A DNA stretch of 62,165 nt, filler included, from Choristocarpus tenellus KU-1152 (GCA_964200185.2; 8 parts of 8 records of this genome joined end to end with filler, not necessarily neighbours in it); one strand, 5' to 3'. Counted from the first letter of the whole stretch, positions 12,263-26,219 are shown. Translations and numbers: made by a program. The notes: generated from the letters alone by a model not told the origin.

Positions 12263-12384
12263 AAAATCAGAAGTCAGTACAAGCTGGTAGTATTGTGTAT
12301 CATATCAACAAGAAACAAATGAGTAGACTATGTTTTAACATCTGACCCAACATAAGAAGAGGGAACTACTTGTGCTGGGCATCC

Positions 12385-13128
12385 CTATACACGCTTGTTG
12401 ATTTTCTCATTTCCCTTTGAAGTACCCTGAATAGTATGATCTTGGGGAGTAGATTCCTCCATCGAACCCTGTGCTGACAAAGAGGCAGTGAGGGCTGCAA
12501 CAAATTGTTGCATCATTTCATGGAGGGCCTTGGGGTTGGGGTTATCAAACGCGCGAGGACGATAATCAGGTTTATAATTGTCGCCATTCGGGTTGAAGAA
12601 ACAACGCTCTGAGCTGTTACCCCTTCGAGATTTAGCACCACGGCCCGGAAATTCACAAAAGAGGTGTTTGAATCGGCGTGCACGCTTTTTCTCGTGTTTT
12701 CCTGGTGAGGGTACTTGGTCACGAGTAGAAGTAGTATTACTCCGCCTCTCCACATGCAACATCTGGATATTTGCTTGTTGTTCTTTGGCCAACTTCTGTA
12801 GAGGTTCCAGGTCAGAAAACCGTAATTCTGTGACTGGTACAGAAAGTAAATTTTCTGCGCCCAAAGTTGAAACCGTTACATTGCGATATGAGCGGCCCCT
12901 TAGCTCAAGGCCTGATCTGAAAGCATCCGCTAAAGCAGCTGCGTCTACGAGTTCACCAAAATGTTTTGGTGGGGTCGGCAACGATCTGATGGCCCGCACT
13001 ATTGAGGGTTGGGCTCCGAGATTGAACTCACACATGGCTAAGCAGTCGGATAATTTTGGTTGACCTTTCTCATTGAAAGGAATGAGTCTGACAAAATTGT
13101 CTACAGACTGCACCACTATGCGGCCAAA
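12385..13128 (-). mobile_element. Gypsy gag-like ORF (243+ aa), cut by a MITE at the contig end
   Basis: Homologous to the gag at 33724-34020 (F..LVDAA...RG.S...V..S...A.NL....TdLRF....PL..LAK), which lies upstream of protease and RT; carries a decayed zinc knuckle CEFPGRGAKSRRGNSSERCFFNP. Confidence 0.7.
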
Positions 13129-13255
13129 GGGCCAACGTATCTTGGGGGGNNNNNNNNNNNNNNNNNNNNNNNNNNNNNNNNNNNNNNNNNNNNTTAATTA
13201 ATTAANNNNNNNNNNNNNNNNNNNNNNNNNNNNNNNNNNNNNNNNNNNNCCTCCT

Positions 13256-13440
13256 GACTCATTAAAGTATCTGGGGGGGAGTGGGGGGTGTACACCAGGT
13301 TGTCCATTCGGACCCTGACCAGGAAGAGTGCACATACATTATCCATCCAATGCATTCAACCAAATCACTATAAAAATCACGACATGGAAATATGGGCTCC
13401 AAATGGACAGCCTCCACCCCCCCCTCAGATACCTTGAGCC
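13256..13440. mobile_element. MITE family B (~180 bp, poly-G/poly-C inner TIR), TSD TCCT
   Basis: gactcattaaagtatctggggggg ... cccccctcagataccttgagcc flanked by TCCT. Other copies: 30798-30971 (opposite orientation); partial copies at contig ends 13129-13149, 27523-27544 and 57874-57926. Confidence 0.85.
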
Positions 13441-16400
13441 TCCTGCTAGATGTCACAATTTGCAGAAGTGCAGGCAGCATCTCACCTGCCACACCCATCC
13501 ACCAGGAATGGTGTAGCTGCTGCTGCAGCTGAGGCGCTAAAGCGCACCCACTTGAGGGCTCTTTTGATCCTCGTAGTTACAACCTCAACACCTTTGCAGT
13601 GGAAAGTTTTGGACGCCTCGGCAAGCAAGCGGAATGTTTCCTGGATGAGCTGCCTACACACATCGTGGGGGGGAGTGGAACTGGAGGCTATGGCAGGACA
13701 GGGGCGGTCAAATCCCGGCTACGCCAAATAGTCTCAGTATCAACGCAAGTGGCAGTCTAGACGTTACATGCATTTTAGGCTGGAGTCACCAGGGAGATGG
13801 GCAAAGAGGGGTTTGTTGGATTCTTGGGATGCCTCCCTAGGTCCTCACCCTGGGCGCAGGAATAGGTAGATTGGAAGCAGTGGTACAACATAGTAATGAA
13901 ATAATAAATAAACTAGTGCTTCTCACATTTGAGTTATATTTTACTTCTTTGGGGTTTATACTGACATGTGAATACTTTTCATTGGTTTTCCCCCTGACAC
14001 ATCTACAAAATGTCAGAGGGCATAATGATAAATCAGTAAGATTTGTGACTACATGAAAAACAGCTTTTTCCTCACCTTTCATAATTATTTGTGTCTTGTC
14101 CATTTATTGGATAGGGAATATCTGGTCCTTTTTTTATGGTAGACATTGCGTAAGGTTCTCCGTCCAGTGGGTATCCCAGAACTAAACTTCATATAAATAC
14201 ACTACTTCTGATCAACAGTAGACTTCGGTATGTTCCATGCTCTCAAAGAAATGAAGTTTTACTGTTTGATCTCGTAGTATATTTCAGTGGTTATAAACGT
14301 TGACCTTGGTGATACTTGCCACCCTAATTCAGCTTCCTCAAATTTGTCCCACAAAGAAAGATGTATCTATTTCAAAGTCTAGGATTCTTCACAGAATCGC
14401 ATTACCTGTTCTGATTATCCATGCATATCACAAAGTGTCAAAATAAAAGAGAGGTATTTCAGGATCCTGACAAAAATGCTCATAGAAGTCCAGGTGAACA
14501 ATAGAAGATCGAAAAACAGAACAAAAATTCAAAAACGGTCAAAACCTGGGTAACTCTCGAATATTTTGGCTCTTTGTCGAAATGTTTCTAACAATAGAGA
14601 AATCAACCCTCTCAACCTGAGCTTAGCACTTCATCAGTATGGGTAAATTACAACAAATACAAAAATGGTCTATCACACAAAACCAGGAAAAAACGGAGTA
14701 CGTCTTGAAAGTCCTCAAAAAAAGCAACGAACACATTGGACCCACATCCGAACGAAACCATGTTAAATCTCCTGCTTCAGGTAGGCACCTCACCGGCAAA
14801 AAACCTCCACGAGCAACAGAAAACTATTGTATTATTCCATCTCAAAGACAAAAATGTTTCCAATTGAATTTTTTAATTTCACTCTGGTCTCTGGTAGTTT
14901 AGGTCTATGTGGGAAAAAAGATCTGTTTGAGGCGTTTCTTTCCTTGTGCAGTGCATTTTCCTACTGATAACGTTGAAGCTCAGTAATATATATATATATA
15001 GAATACGTGTTATTGTTGGGGTCCATGGGACAGTCAACGGTTCTGTGAGGGCTCTACCCAAACAACATATAGTGAACGCTTTCCAACTTAATTGTGGACC
15101 TATTTCTATTAGGGGGGTTACACTAAGTGGATGGTTTCGACTTAAGGGTTATATATATAGTCACATTGTAGAACCTGGACTTTTGTGGGTCTGGATTATC
15201 AATGGTGTATCTGAGAACATAATCCAAAGCAATAAATGAAGGCAGTGATCCAGTTTTTCAATTGGCCATTGTTCACACATAATCAACGTCTGCCTACAGT
15301 CTCTAGCACTGAGGGTCTACATTATTCCATTAAGGTGAGTTGACTCGGCACTGCAAAGAATGTTATGTCCAGTTCTCTTTTACAAGGGGGTTCAGCAATG
15401 TAAATTGTATATTTTAAATCGTTTCTAAATTCGTTTCGTTGATACCATACTGACAAAAGTTACTTCTCTCTTGATTCGATACTCACCTTTTTCGCTGTGA
15501 TTCATCACCTGGTACCTTACTCCTACCTCTTTCACCACGGGTGTGGGTGTCACCAATCCCGTCAGTTCAGTATTTACCATAGTAGTAGTTCTAGTCATCA
15601 TCATAGAAGTCGTCTCAGCAGTATGTTACTTCTGCTTGAAGAAAAGGGGTTCAGAGGACTCAATAATACAGACCCTTTCTCGCCAATATATGTTACTGCT
15701 GTGTCTATCTAAGATACAATTTGTCAAGTTTGGGATACTGCCTACTGCGTCTCCCAGAATAAAATGCGAAGGTTCACCCACACCCTCACAGCAAGGGGTA
15801 TGGCAGAAACCGTGACAAGAGACGTATGGTTTATAAAATAAAAATTCCAGTAGCTGCGGATTCCACCCCTTGTTGAGCGCCATCAACATCATGTTGGATC
15901 TACTTCTTCCTCTATTTCATGATCTGCCCTCAATATTGCTAGGAGGTCAGTGGGATGGTAAGGGTTTATTACATCTTCCACCAACACTAAAGGAAATTTG
16001 AGGCATACCGCCAACGGGCTAACCACTTCCGTAGTCATCCTGCACCACTGGCTAAACTGGAACTCTAGTAGTAGCCAAAACACAAAGATCAACTATTCTA
16101 CAGAAAAAATAAGGCCAAATGGGTCTTTCTTCATGCCTCCTCACTTTTATCAATTGTTGTCACTGCTTAAACCTTTTCACTCCATTACATCTTGCACAAA
16201 TGACTAATGCTTGTATTATAGTACCTCCTCCATCACCACCCTTGTCGTGTGTTCACCACCTTCTTGTTTTCAGGAGCTTCACCGCACGCCTGAGCAAGTG
16301 CAAACTGTCCATTGTGACTTAAGCTGGTACTTTGGTGGACTCCTCCTATGTATGTTATTCCATGTAGATTTTTTCTATTTGAAGAGAAATAACTGTGTGA

Positions 16401-17922
16401 GGCTAAGGAAAAATAATAGACGATCTAAATATTGGTATGTTTTCATTTCATTTCAGTTTTGCTTGGAATAGCAAATGACTTCACAAATGTTGAGTTACTT
16501 CGAGAGTCACGGAAGAAGTATCTCAACATCTTCACTGGTATGCATCATAGTCCATAATTAATATTCCCATGTATCACCTGTAGACTGTCAGGTTTTGTTC
16601 TAGCAGTGAAACTAAAGGATTTGGAAAAAAATTGAAATGTAAACAGCATTTACAACTACTATGGATTGTCGACAGTTACATCAAAACTATAGGTCCTTTG
16701 AAGGATGGCAGAGACATTGAATACCAAGATCTTATAAATTGGGAGGGCAAAAAAACTGGCGATTGGGTTGAAGTTTGACAAAATACAAAGCATGGATCAA
16801 CACTCGCTACCACCACCTTGCAGGCAAGAATATCGAGTGGGGAGAAATATCCGAAGGGAGTGGCGTCCACTTGCATTCTAACTATTTTGATTCTTTGGAG
16901 GGGAAGGGAACGGGCAAACTATTCAGTGGCTCCTAAATGGGACACAGTGCCAATGTGAATGCCAGGTCAGGATGGTTGTCTGACCAGTTCGAGTTGGTAG
17001 TTTTAAAGTAAGTAGCATTGAGTATCACCAGTATCACTTTTTCTACGTTTTACTTTGGCATTAGCAATAGCAGAATTGTATACGTTTGATGTATGCAGGT
17101 GTGCGTATGAATATTCCATAGGAATTTGTATCTACTGCACCACAAGGAACAAAATGTCGCATCTTTTTATTTTCATTCATTTGTTCATCTCTCCCTTTCT
17201 CGTTCTTGTACACTTGGGCATGTGGTGTGTGGCTTGTTCTTCAGAGAGTGAACTCATCTTTGTATGTATGTAGTCACAAGAGTAGCAGCATCACGGTAAC
17301 ATCTATTCGTGATCACATATTTCCGTATGTTCGTGTGCCTTTATATTGCAGCGTATCATGTATGTTGTATGCTGCACTATATAGTACAGAGCACGTACCA
17401 TTTCACAAACTACATAGTGCAAGTACAATAGCGGCACCATAATAAAGCTACAAGTGCTTTTTACACGTGCATTCAGAACAGGTACGAAGTACATTGCCGT
17501 TGGTGCTTAACCTCATGCCTCCAATATCCTACCAGGAACGACACCATCATCCTGTCATCATTATTAACTCAATTCTTCAATACAACGAAACACCATGTTT
17601 TTATTGTCATCAACACCATACTCCTGTTGTAGTTGCTGTTGTTATAGTAGTGCTCACTGCGTTACTAACTGGTTGTAATAGTTGTTGACATCGTTTGATC
17701 ACTAAAACTGCTACTACGAGTACTACTACAACCAATAAGAAATATCACAGATATGTGGAGGAAGAGGGACTGGAGGATATATACCCCTCACAATGACACA
17801 ACTTCATTGTGGCAATTCTCACTTAGAAGCATTTTCTCCTCACCAACGTCCTCCAAAACGTCACAAAAGAGATACACATATGTAAACCAAAATGAGCCTG
17901 GTTTGGCTTAGCTCCTCACTAG

Positions 17923-18060
17923 GAAGATATTCCAGTAGAGAGAGAACATAAAATTTTGTCCCACCTCTTATATTTCAAATGCCTTCCAATTTCAACTCTT
18001 GAATTTCCAACTCTGATCTCCAAAAATGAACTCTGGGGAAAAATAGAATCGATATTCTTG
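17923..18060 (+). pseudogene. Possible decayed F-box motif
   Basis: *EDIPVEREHKILSHLLYFKCLPISTLEFPTLISKNELWGKI resembles LP.E....IL.hL..k.l.......l....LW; preceded by a stop codon and surrounded by low-complexity DNA. Confidence 0.3.
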
Positions 18061-18737
18061 CTAGTCACTATCACCATCATCCTAATCTTTCTGTTGCTGC
18101 TTAACAGTCTCAACAACAGCAGCAGTACCAGTAATAGCAACAGTGCTGTTTCAGTAGAGGGCAGTATCCATGCACTCATCATCACTATTATTTCTATCCT
18201 TCTTGTCGGTACAAACACAATAAAAGAGCTACTACTACCAGTACTACTGCTATTGCTTCCTGCTACCACTCTGCCAGTAGGTGAGAACACGTACTATGCA
18301 CAAGGAAATGAAGGCAACACATTACACTCACTCGAATACAATCAAATTTATATAAATATTCGCAGATGCATGCATATTTCTCCCCAAGTTCCTCAAAATG
18401 CAACATTAGAGACACATACACCCACAACATCATGTCAAGATTAATCCTATTTGGCTGGGCTCCTTGCCAGCAACACGACACCCTCACAGCAGAAATTTCC
18501 ACTTCGTTACACCAGGAATACTCTCCAAGGTACAATCCATAAATTACAATCCCTCCTTTCAATTCCAATATACGGAAGCCCACAGCCTGGTCTATGATAT
18601 ATAGGGTCTGACCATGATTTTTCGTTTTGGTGCCAAAAATGACAGATGCAATGCTCAAAACCTATTTGTACAATAATGAACGATAACATCTGTTGTGATG
18701 TTTAATTGTTTTCCGTCGAAAAACAGAGAGGATATTC

Positions 18738-21044
18738 TTAGGCAACATCACTTGGAATTGGAGGGGAGTCCATCAATGTTGTCACTGTTGCTCGCTGAGC
18801 CCGAACATGGACAAATTCCTCAGATTGGAGAAATCTCTGGAGCAGGTTTGCCTCCAGCAGAAGACGGACCTCCCTGTAAGCTTGACCAAAAACCAATCTG
18901 AGGGAGAGAGGAAGTTGTTGCAAATTTAGACCTAGAGGAATGCTGGTATAATTGATGGAGATGGACTACTGTTTAATCATGAAGGATTATAACATGGTAT
19001 CCACACTGGACAATTTTGTGTAACACCTTGTCATCATTTTAGTACTACACAGGTGACCATCTGGAAGCAGACTTGTTTGTCAAAGAGCTAAGAGTCTCAA
19101 GAGCCAGTCAACCGATCGTATAGAACAAAACGTCCTGAGTGTTGTCCTGAATAAAGGACATGATAGAGCAAATTGCTCATACTGAAAAATATGCTGGATA
19201 ACAGACCATAAAGAGCAAGTTGGTTCAGAGCGTAGACCCACTTTATGTGAGGTGCAAACATACTAGAGTATCACATACTGTGACCATAATACATCCTCGG
19301 TCCAAGGGCAATCACGTGTCGCATGGGATTAAATGTGTACACATGTATCTCTGCTGGATAATGAGATATTTTGCCTTTTTCTTATGTGCAATTTCTAGGT
19401 TATCAGCAGCACGAGAGAACACATGATCTGACACTTCGACAAGACTTTATGCTTGAAGAGCTAGATTTGTTGCCAAAAACAACATTGAAATGGGATTATT
19501 CCCTCTTTCTTTCGACTGTGATACTTAACCACATAGAATCAGCATAACTTACCGCCTCTCCTCGTCAGCCATGTATGAAAAGTATGGCTGCCCAGCCTGA
19601 TAGATGTCCAGGATTGCCTTCTTGTCCTCAGAACTGCAAAGAATCAGAAGTTTGTTTTGTTACATCTCTAGGCCTATCATATGTATCACACTTTGGAGGA
19701 GTGGGTTAATTCTTCGTATGTAGCAACACCATCCCAGTTGTACTGTCATTCTTACAAAATAGATCTAACTCCTGCGTCCCATGTGGTAGATATTTCGGTA
19801 ACCAATAGAAGTCTGTACAAACACTCTCAGTGGTAAGACCTCAAGAGTTTTTGATACAAATTCAAAGGTTTAGATTGCAAAATTGTCGCATGAAAATACA
19901 ATAGGTGCCTGCCAGAATACTGAAAACAACCTGAGCGCCTATGGGCCTTCAGACCAGTAAATGGGGGGGTTCCATTGTCTGATGATAACATTGATTAATT
20001 ACACATTATAAGCGTGGTCGCACCTGATGTTGACCTCTCCCAGTGCGCCATTGGCAATGTATGTCTTCACAATGAAGTTGAATCCTTCATACTGCTCTCC
20101 ACTTCTGCCCAGGTCAGCACTTGCGCAAGCAAAATCACCCTCCTGATACCTGGACAATCCGTAACCCAAGGAGAATATCATTGATGGCATTGTGGTCAAT
20201 GTGAGAACACAGAGCTGTTCTAATCAAGAGCAAGGACTTAGTGGTTATATAGGGGAAAAGAAGAGGTATTTTCATTAGGCTGGGCAAACATAAAGGGGCC
20301 TATCCGCAGGTTGGATTGGTTCCAATATTCTCCGACTTGTTCAGATCGAGTTAATCGAGGACTTGAACATGTCTGGTCCCCGCATCAGAAATATTCAATA
20401 TCTTCGTTGTTCAATTGATAATGAATCATGAGTCAAAGTATCTTAGAGGGTAGAGCCGCGTCCATTTGGGGGCCAAAATCCAATGTTATGATTTTGGTGT
20501 AATTTTGACTATCGTGTTCGATAGGAAGTGTCAATATCCTTGTTCTGGACACACCTTTTCAGAACATATATATTTTACTACTCCAAAACATTTTGGAGTA
20601 GATTAAATGTCATTAGAAGCCCGTGGGAAGCCAAGCCCCAAATGGACAAACAGGGCAAAACTCGTACCCTTTAAGATACTTTCACTCTCATGTTTAACTG
20701 GACTTGGTCCATTGTCGTCAACCATTTCAATATGTTGGCGCCATGTGCCGGCCCCTAACCATGACCCTAGCCACTCCTTCATGTTGTATCGGTTAGAGAT
20801 GTAGCTGAGCATAGGCCTAAGGTAGTACCTGAAAACATCCACCAGGAACTGGACTGATTCCTGACACAGAGCCCTCCTTGCAAACTCCTCGAATGCACTG
20901 GCTAGCATGGGTGTTGATGCCAGACGCTCGAAATTCCAAATTTCCACTTCTTGACTTTGTGCACTAATAATAGTGGTGTTCCGTTCACCTGGGTTGTCAG
21001 GAGGATCTCTTATGCCACTTATGCCCGAGTCTGATCCTGTTCGT
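18738..21044 (-). CDS. RGS (regulator of G-protein signalling) domain protein, 3' four exons
   Basis: Exons 21044-20829, 20149-20024, 19633-19553 and 18897-18738 splice in frame: ...AFEEFARRALCQESVQFLVDVFRY...FIVKTYIANGALGEVNISSEDKKAIL...RLVFGQAYREVRLLLEANLLQRFLQSEEF...*. Upstream exons not resolved. Confidence 0.9.
20430..20687 (+). mobile_element. MITE family A copy in an RGS intron, TSD TCAT
   Basis: gagtcaaagtatcttagagggta ... taccctttaagatactttcactc, with TCAT on both sides. Confidence 0.92.
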
Positions 21045-24000
21045 CTGGTGAAGGAAGTGTGAAGGTAATCCATGATTAACACAAGCGCAACATAGTTTAC
21101 CCCTGAAGAAAAGATTGAATGGGCCTGAAAATGCAGAGGAACTCCACATGTACTGAAAATTATTCACAAACAATAGACTACATCTCAAGGAATAGGGGTC
21201 AAAATTACGTGTGTGCTAGCCGATGAATAGATATCTACATGGGGTTTATATTCGGGGAAAAAAATAGTAGTAACTCAAAACAATGATTCGGATATACCTT
21301 AAAGCTTACAGTTCACATGGCCTCGTGAGCATGAAGAGAAAGACAGAATAGCGTATTATAGGAAGTCTGGAAAAACATTAGGATAATCTCAAACTGATTT
21401 GACAATTACAGCGTTATATAACTAAGAGATTTAATGCTGAAGTAAATAGGGGATAACTGGTGCATAAACTAACTTGGCATGCTACTTGTAGCTAGGAACT
21501 CAGCTCCTACTGGGTGTGTTTTGTCCAGCTGTATGAATGTTCTGGAGTGGAGCACGTCGGAATATTGGGACATATGAGGGCAAATGCTTCGCTAGATTGA
21601 GGAGGCTGCCCACTTGTCTAGAGAGATTGCCCTACAACCTCACGATTAGAGTGATAGAGACAAATGCTGATTACAATTATTGTGACACTAGGAATGAATT
21701 CAAGACAATTAAGAACTTTGAACAAGTAAAGTTGGTCAGATGCGTGGAGTTTGCAACAAGAGACCCATTAAATATGAACCAATGCATGCTGTATTTGAAG
21801 AACATTCCACAACATAAATGTATCAGATTCCTCAAGGAAAATCGCCCCGAGAGTACATTTCATTGACTGCAATATACCAAGGTCTGTGATTTATGAGGCT
21901 GTTCCCTGCATGAAATCGGTGGGTTTGGACTCCATTGATGCCAAACCATTTTTCATGGAAATCTGGCTTTGATTATCCAGCTCCACGTGGCAGGGATAAT
22001 GGATTGTACAACTGTACTATCCTATCTGCCGATTTACCACGATAACACGACTGACCAAGACTGACTTGCCTTCATTGAGGCAATTCCAACGGAAGATTTG
22101 AGGGAGGAGGCAGAGCGATGAGCAGAGAGAGTGTTGAACCCAATGTGAGAAGCAAGGAAGGAATGGAGGAAGTACACTTATTTTAGTGTAAGAGTTAATC
22201 GCAGTAGCTAGTATGAGAAGTAGTGTAGTGTGTAATGACCCTGACCACGAGTCAGGATAGTCCCCAGACCGAAATGAAGACAATACATAGTACGTACCTA
22301 GGTCCTCACCCACCTTTGTATGGCTAAACTAGGTGTTTAATAACTTTGTAGTCACCAAATTGAAGGAGGGTATTATATTGGTAGTTTCAAATAGTAAAAC
22401 CTTTTAGAGAGGTATCTTTTTCGTTGATAACAGCTATTAAAAAAACAGCATTTGCCATAAATTCTTGGTTTTGCAGATGCACCTGCAAAATGTCTGACGG
22501 CATAATAATATAGTAATACTACAAATTACTAAAAAAACACACTTTCATCATAGCGTTATTTTTATAATATGGTACTGGTTTAGTTGGCAGTAGATGTTGC
22601 AACAAGAAACTGTTGACAATACAAGCATAGGGCTAAGCTAGGTTGGAGGCATAGGAGGGGAGGGGGAGGGGTGTAGCGTAGGTGGTAGTAAAATAGCAAA
22701 TAGATTATAGAAAAATTTCCTTCACATTTTCGACAACTATTACTTAAGGGGTTCCGATATTTGATCGGCTTTTCATCTGTTTTTCCCCTGACACATCTAC
22801 GAAATGTATGTGAATTATGCGTACCGTCCACACTGAGTGACTTCACATAAAAACGTGCCAACAAATACTACCGATTTTTTAGTCGGCGGAAAGCTGGGAA
22901 ATTCCTGGATTGTTTGACAACTGACTTGTGAAAAACGCTTCTTTTTAAAACCTAAACAAAGTCCTTAGTCAATGTAAAAATATACATAAGACTGATCAGA
23001 ATTTTTTTCTTTTGCCAAGAGAATGGATAAAGGGACACATTTTAGCTTCACCCACCCAAATATAGTCGCCAATGAAAAACAAACCCTGAGTTTGCCCACT
23101 GGCTTGTCATTGGCTTGCCCACCTAACCCTTCAAATCCACATATATGTCCATATACATACGGTTTATATTTTTAACTATTCGCTGAACAGAGTCAAAAGG
23201 CCCTCTTTTTTGACTGACATGTTTTTTATGTTGATGCAACAACAGGTTCCTGGATACATATCAGGAGAAGAAATTATTGATGTGCCGACTGTTGGAGTTC
23301 TGGAGCGTCTTTCCCGGGGCACTGCAATTCACCTGAGAATTCTACAGTAACAATGACCACCAAGACCAATGACCCTGCATCAACAACATACGCAAGGATG
23401 AAAACCGAACCACATCATCTGCAACACAACATACCTCCACTCCACCAATACACCTGACCACAACTCAATCTCCATTCTCCAAACACACGGATCCTTCGCA
23501 CACGCCTAATTTCATTGCACTGCATAGATTGCATGAAGTTACATTCCTTAACCCATCAAGGACTCAACACCCATATGTGATGTAAAATACAACACCGAAT
23601 CTCCATCTTCTTCCACCTCCAACCTACTTTTATTGATCGGTTTTGTATTGATATCCGATTTCAGGACCTTCCTAGAGATGACATACCCACTTCCACCTCA
23701 ACCATCTCTAATTAAAATAGTTGGGGTTAACCCCGTCTCCATTTGAACTTGGTGTAAGGATGGCAATGTAAAACAAAATAATAACCATACTTGCAACTGT
23801 AACGGGTTGTGTTAACAGAGTAATTTATCGTGAGATGAGAGAAAAGAGGAATTATGAGAAATCGCAAGGAAAATAACGGAATTTCAATACTGATAAAAAT
23901 TATAAAAATATACTTAGTGCCTTTGATTTCTGAAGTCAAACTCGTCAGTTTGAAATTTAAAAAAAAATCCTTTGGCACTTTTTAGTACCATTTCAGTGAG

Positions 24001-24439
24001 GTAGCACCATTCAGGTCAATCAATAGGCGTATAGAATGAGATGGCACATATTCATATTGTTTGAGGACTTGCATCAAGAGACGAAGGATCGTAGAATAGT
24101 GTGGAAGCATATTTCATTCTGATTCTTTTCAGGTGTGTATTTCACAAATCTCTCACAACCTCACAAGTCACTAACCTACTTTGAAGCTCAAGGAGTAAGT
24201 TGGAAGGTTAAACTCTCAACATATTGTTTGTTCTTACTTCCTCTGGTCGGAATTAAATGTAACATAACGTTTGCAGCCCCAGTGAGTTTTTTTCTTCGCA
24301 GTTTCATATTTAATGGGTGTATTGTGCAGACACTAAAAGGATGCCCACTAAATCTCAACCAAAACGGACTGCTGACACCTATCTTTGATTCCGACCCTGA
24401 AGCCCTCCAAAACTCCACTTCAGCACGGAACTTCACCAC

Positions 24440-25400
24440 ATCTACAGGGGCATTAGGGTGGAGTGTGCCCACCTTCTCAGCCTTTTCCTTGTTAAGATCG
24501 GGAATTTTGAAGATGTTACCACCCTTTGGCCCCAGCACCTCACCGTAGAATTGTGAGAAGACTCTGGCAGATGCACTCTAGTGTCTCCCGGGTCCACGTC
24601 AAACACCTCCATTGTGGCCTCCACCAGCTCCTTTGTGATGGTCACCCCCACGTCTTCCTTCAGTTGGTGGATGGAATGAAATAATCCCAGGTCATTGGCA
24701 TTAAGATCAGGTGAGCTAGCTTGTTGAGTCTCAACGACAATGTTAACCTTCTTGATTTGCATCTACAATCCCACTTGGTGTGTGGCTTTGCCTCGTCCTG
24801 CTGCATGAAGATGGTGCATCCTTCTGGCCTACGCACATGAGGCTTGATTGGTTGCATGACATCCTTGATAATGAGTTTCTTATAACTCTCCCAGTCCATT
24901 GTGACTGGCACAAGCACAATGGTTAACCCTAACCCTAACCCTAAGCAGTGTGTCTGGAGTGCTGAGTGACCTTAGTGTTCACGATTGACTAGATCTTGAT
25001 TCTCCCATCATAACCACACCCCGTTGGAGAGCTTCCTAGGGCGGGCCACAGCTGCAAGGAATATCACCTTCGTAATGAAACGCTTATTTTGTGCCCATGG
25101 GGGGTTGGGGTGGTCCTCAGTGGGGTGCATGTACATACCTTGCCCATCTTTGAGGACGTAAAACCAATTCTTGTCAACATGCACCCAGTCATATAGATCG
25201 TCCACTAATACCCCACTTCCCATCCTCTATCCGTGTGACTGACAACGAAACCTACCCAGTTGACTTTCTGCTGGTCTGAGAGGGTCGGCTTAATCCACCG
25301 CTTCACCTTCACTTTCACGTGCTTGCATAGATCTCTCAACAAGGCAAGGGACACCCTAGGTTTAGTCACCGACTTCAGGGCTGAAGAATTGGGATTGGTG
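24440..25400 (-). pseudogene. Decayed mariner transposase (plant/oomycete-type)
   Basis: WIKPTLSDQQK, LYDWVHVDKNWFY, QNKRFITKVIFLAAVARPR, IFMQQDEAKPH, QQASSPDLNANDLGLFHSI, KGGNIFKIP; multiple frameshifts and stops. Confidence 0.9.
24924..24944. repeat. Interstitial telomeric repeat (TAACCC)3.5
   Basis: taaccctaaccctaaccctaa inside the mariner coding relic. Confidence 0.85.
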
Positions 25401-26219
25401 GGCAACGATGGGATGAGTGAGCCGCTCGAATGAAGGGGGGGTCTTGTCCTACGCATTCCATAAACACCCGTATTGACAATTTCACAATGTTTTTCATCCC
25501 CATTAAATGCGACTTTGCATTGGTTTCCTCCACAATCATGACATCCCACCACCTCAATCTTCGCACGCATCCCAATCTATGTGACAACTAACCCTCGTTC
25601 AGAAGGTGTATCACGTGGATTATTCCCAGTCAAGAACGGAGCTTGTAAAAGTAATGTTACATTTAATTCGGAACGGAAGAAGTGCAAGTATTGGACACGA
25701 GATAAAATGCCGAGGTTGTGCATCATACTTTCCCTTCCGATTTATCAAGATTTTTATGTATCAATTTCTACATGTAAAACAAATCTCGGTAAATAACTGG
25801 TCTAAGGTGCAAGGTTCCTCCTTGACCACGACTAAAGAAAGCATCATTTAATCAACAAAGTAGACTCAAGCCATTCACACCACCATAAAATCTGGTTCAG
25901 ATTGATTAATCCCATGAAATATACATGTAGTGAAAGTCAACATCCTGATATATTGATCGAGCTATAGTAGCACCTCTGATTCACTGTACAGCGTGCAATA
26001 TGTGTGTTTCCTGTGTAAGGAGAGTAGTTCCGTTTTGGGGCTTATTCTTGTTGGATTCATATTCACACATTTGTATTGCGTGGGCATGATGTGAAACCTA
26101 TAATTATTGGAACAATACTGATGTACAGGGGACTCATGCAATATGTTTTTGGTGGCTCAAATCGTTTTGGTTGTAAATCAGAATATGTTGGGAAGAAAAA
26201 AGTTGGACTACTCCGTACT

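Noticed and set aside
17919-18444. Long hydrophobic ORFs on both strands
   Set aside because: They arise largely from ACT/AGT-type low-complexity sequence.
809-22810. Patchy shared segments (ggagacaccagggagatgggcaa at ~809 and ~13781; ttttcccctgacacatctac at ~13986 and ~22781)
   Set aside because: Evidently an old dispersed repeat, but its boundaries and class cannot be defined by eye.
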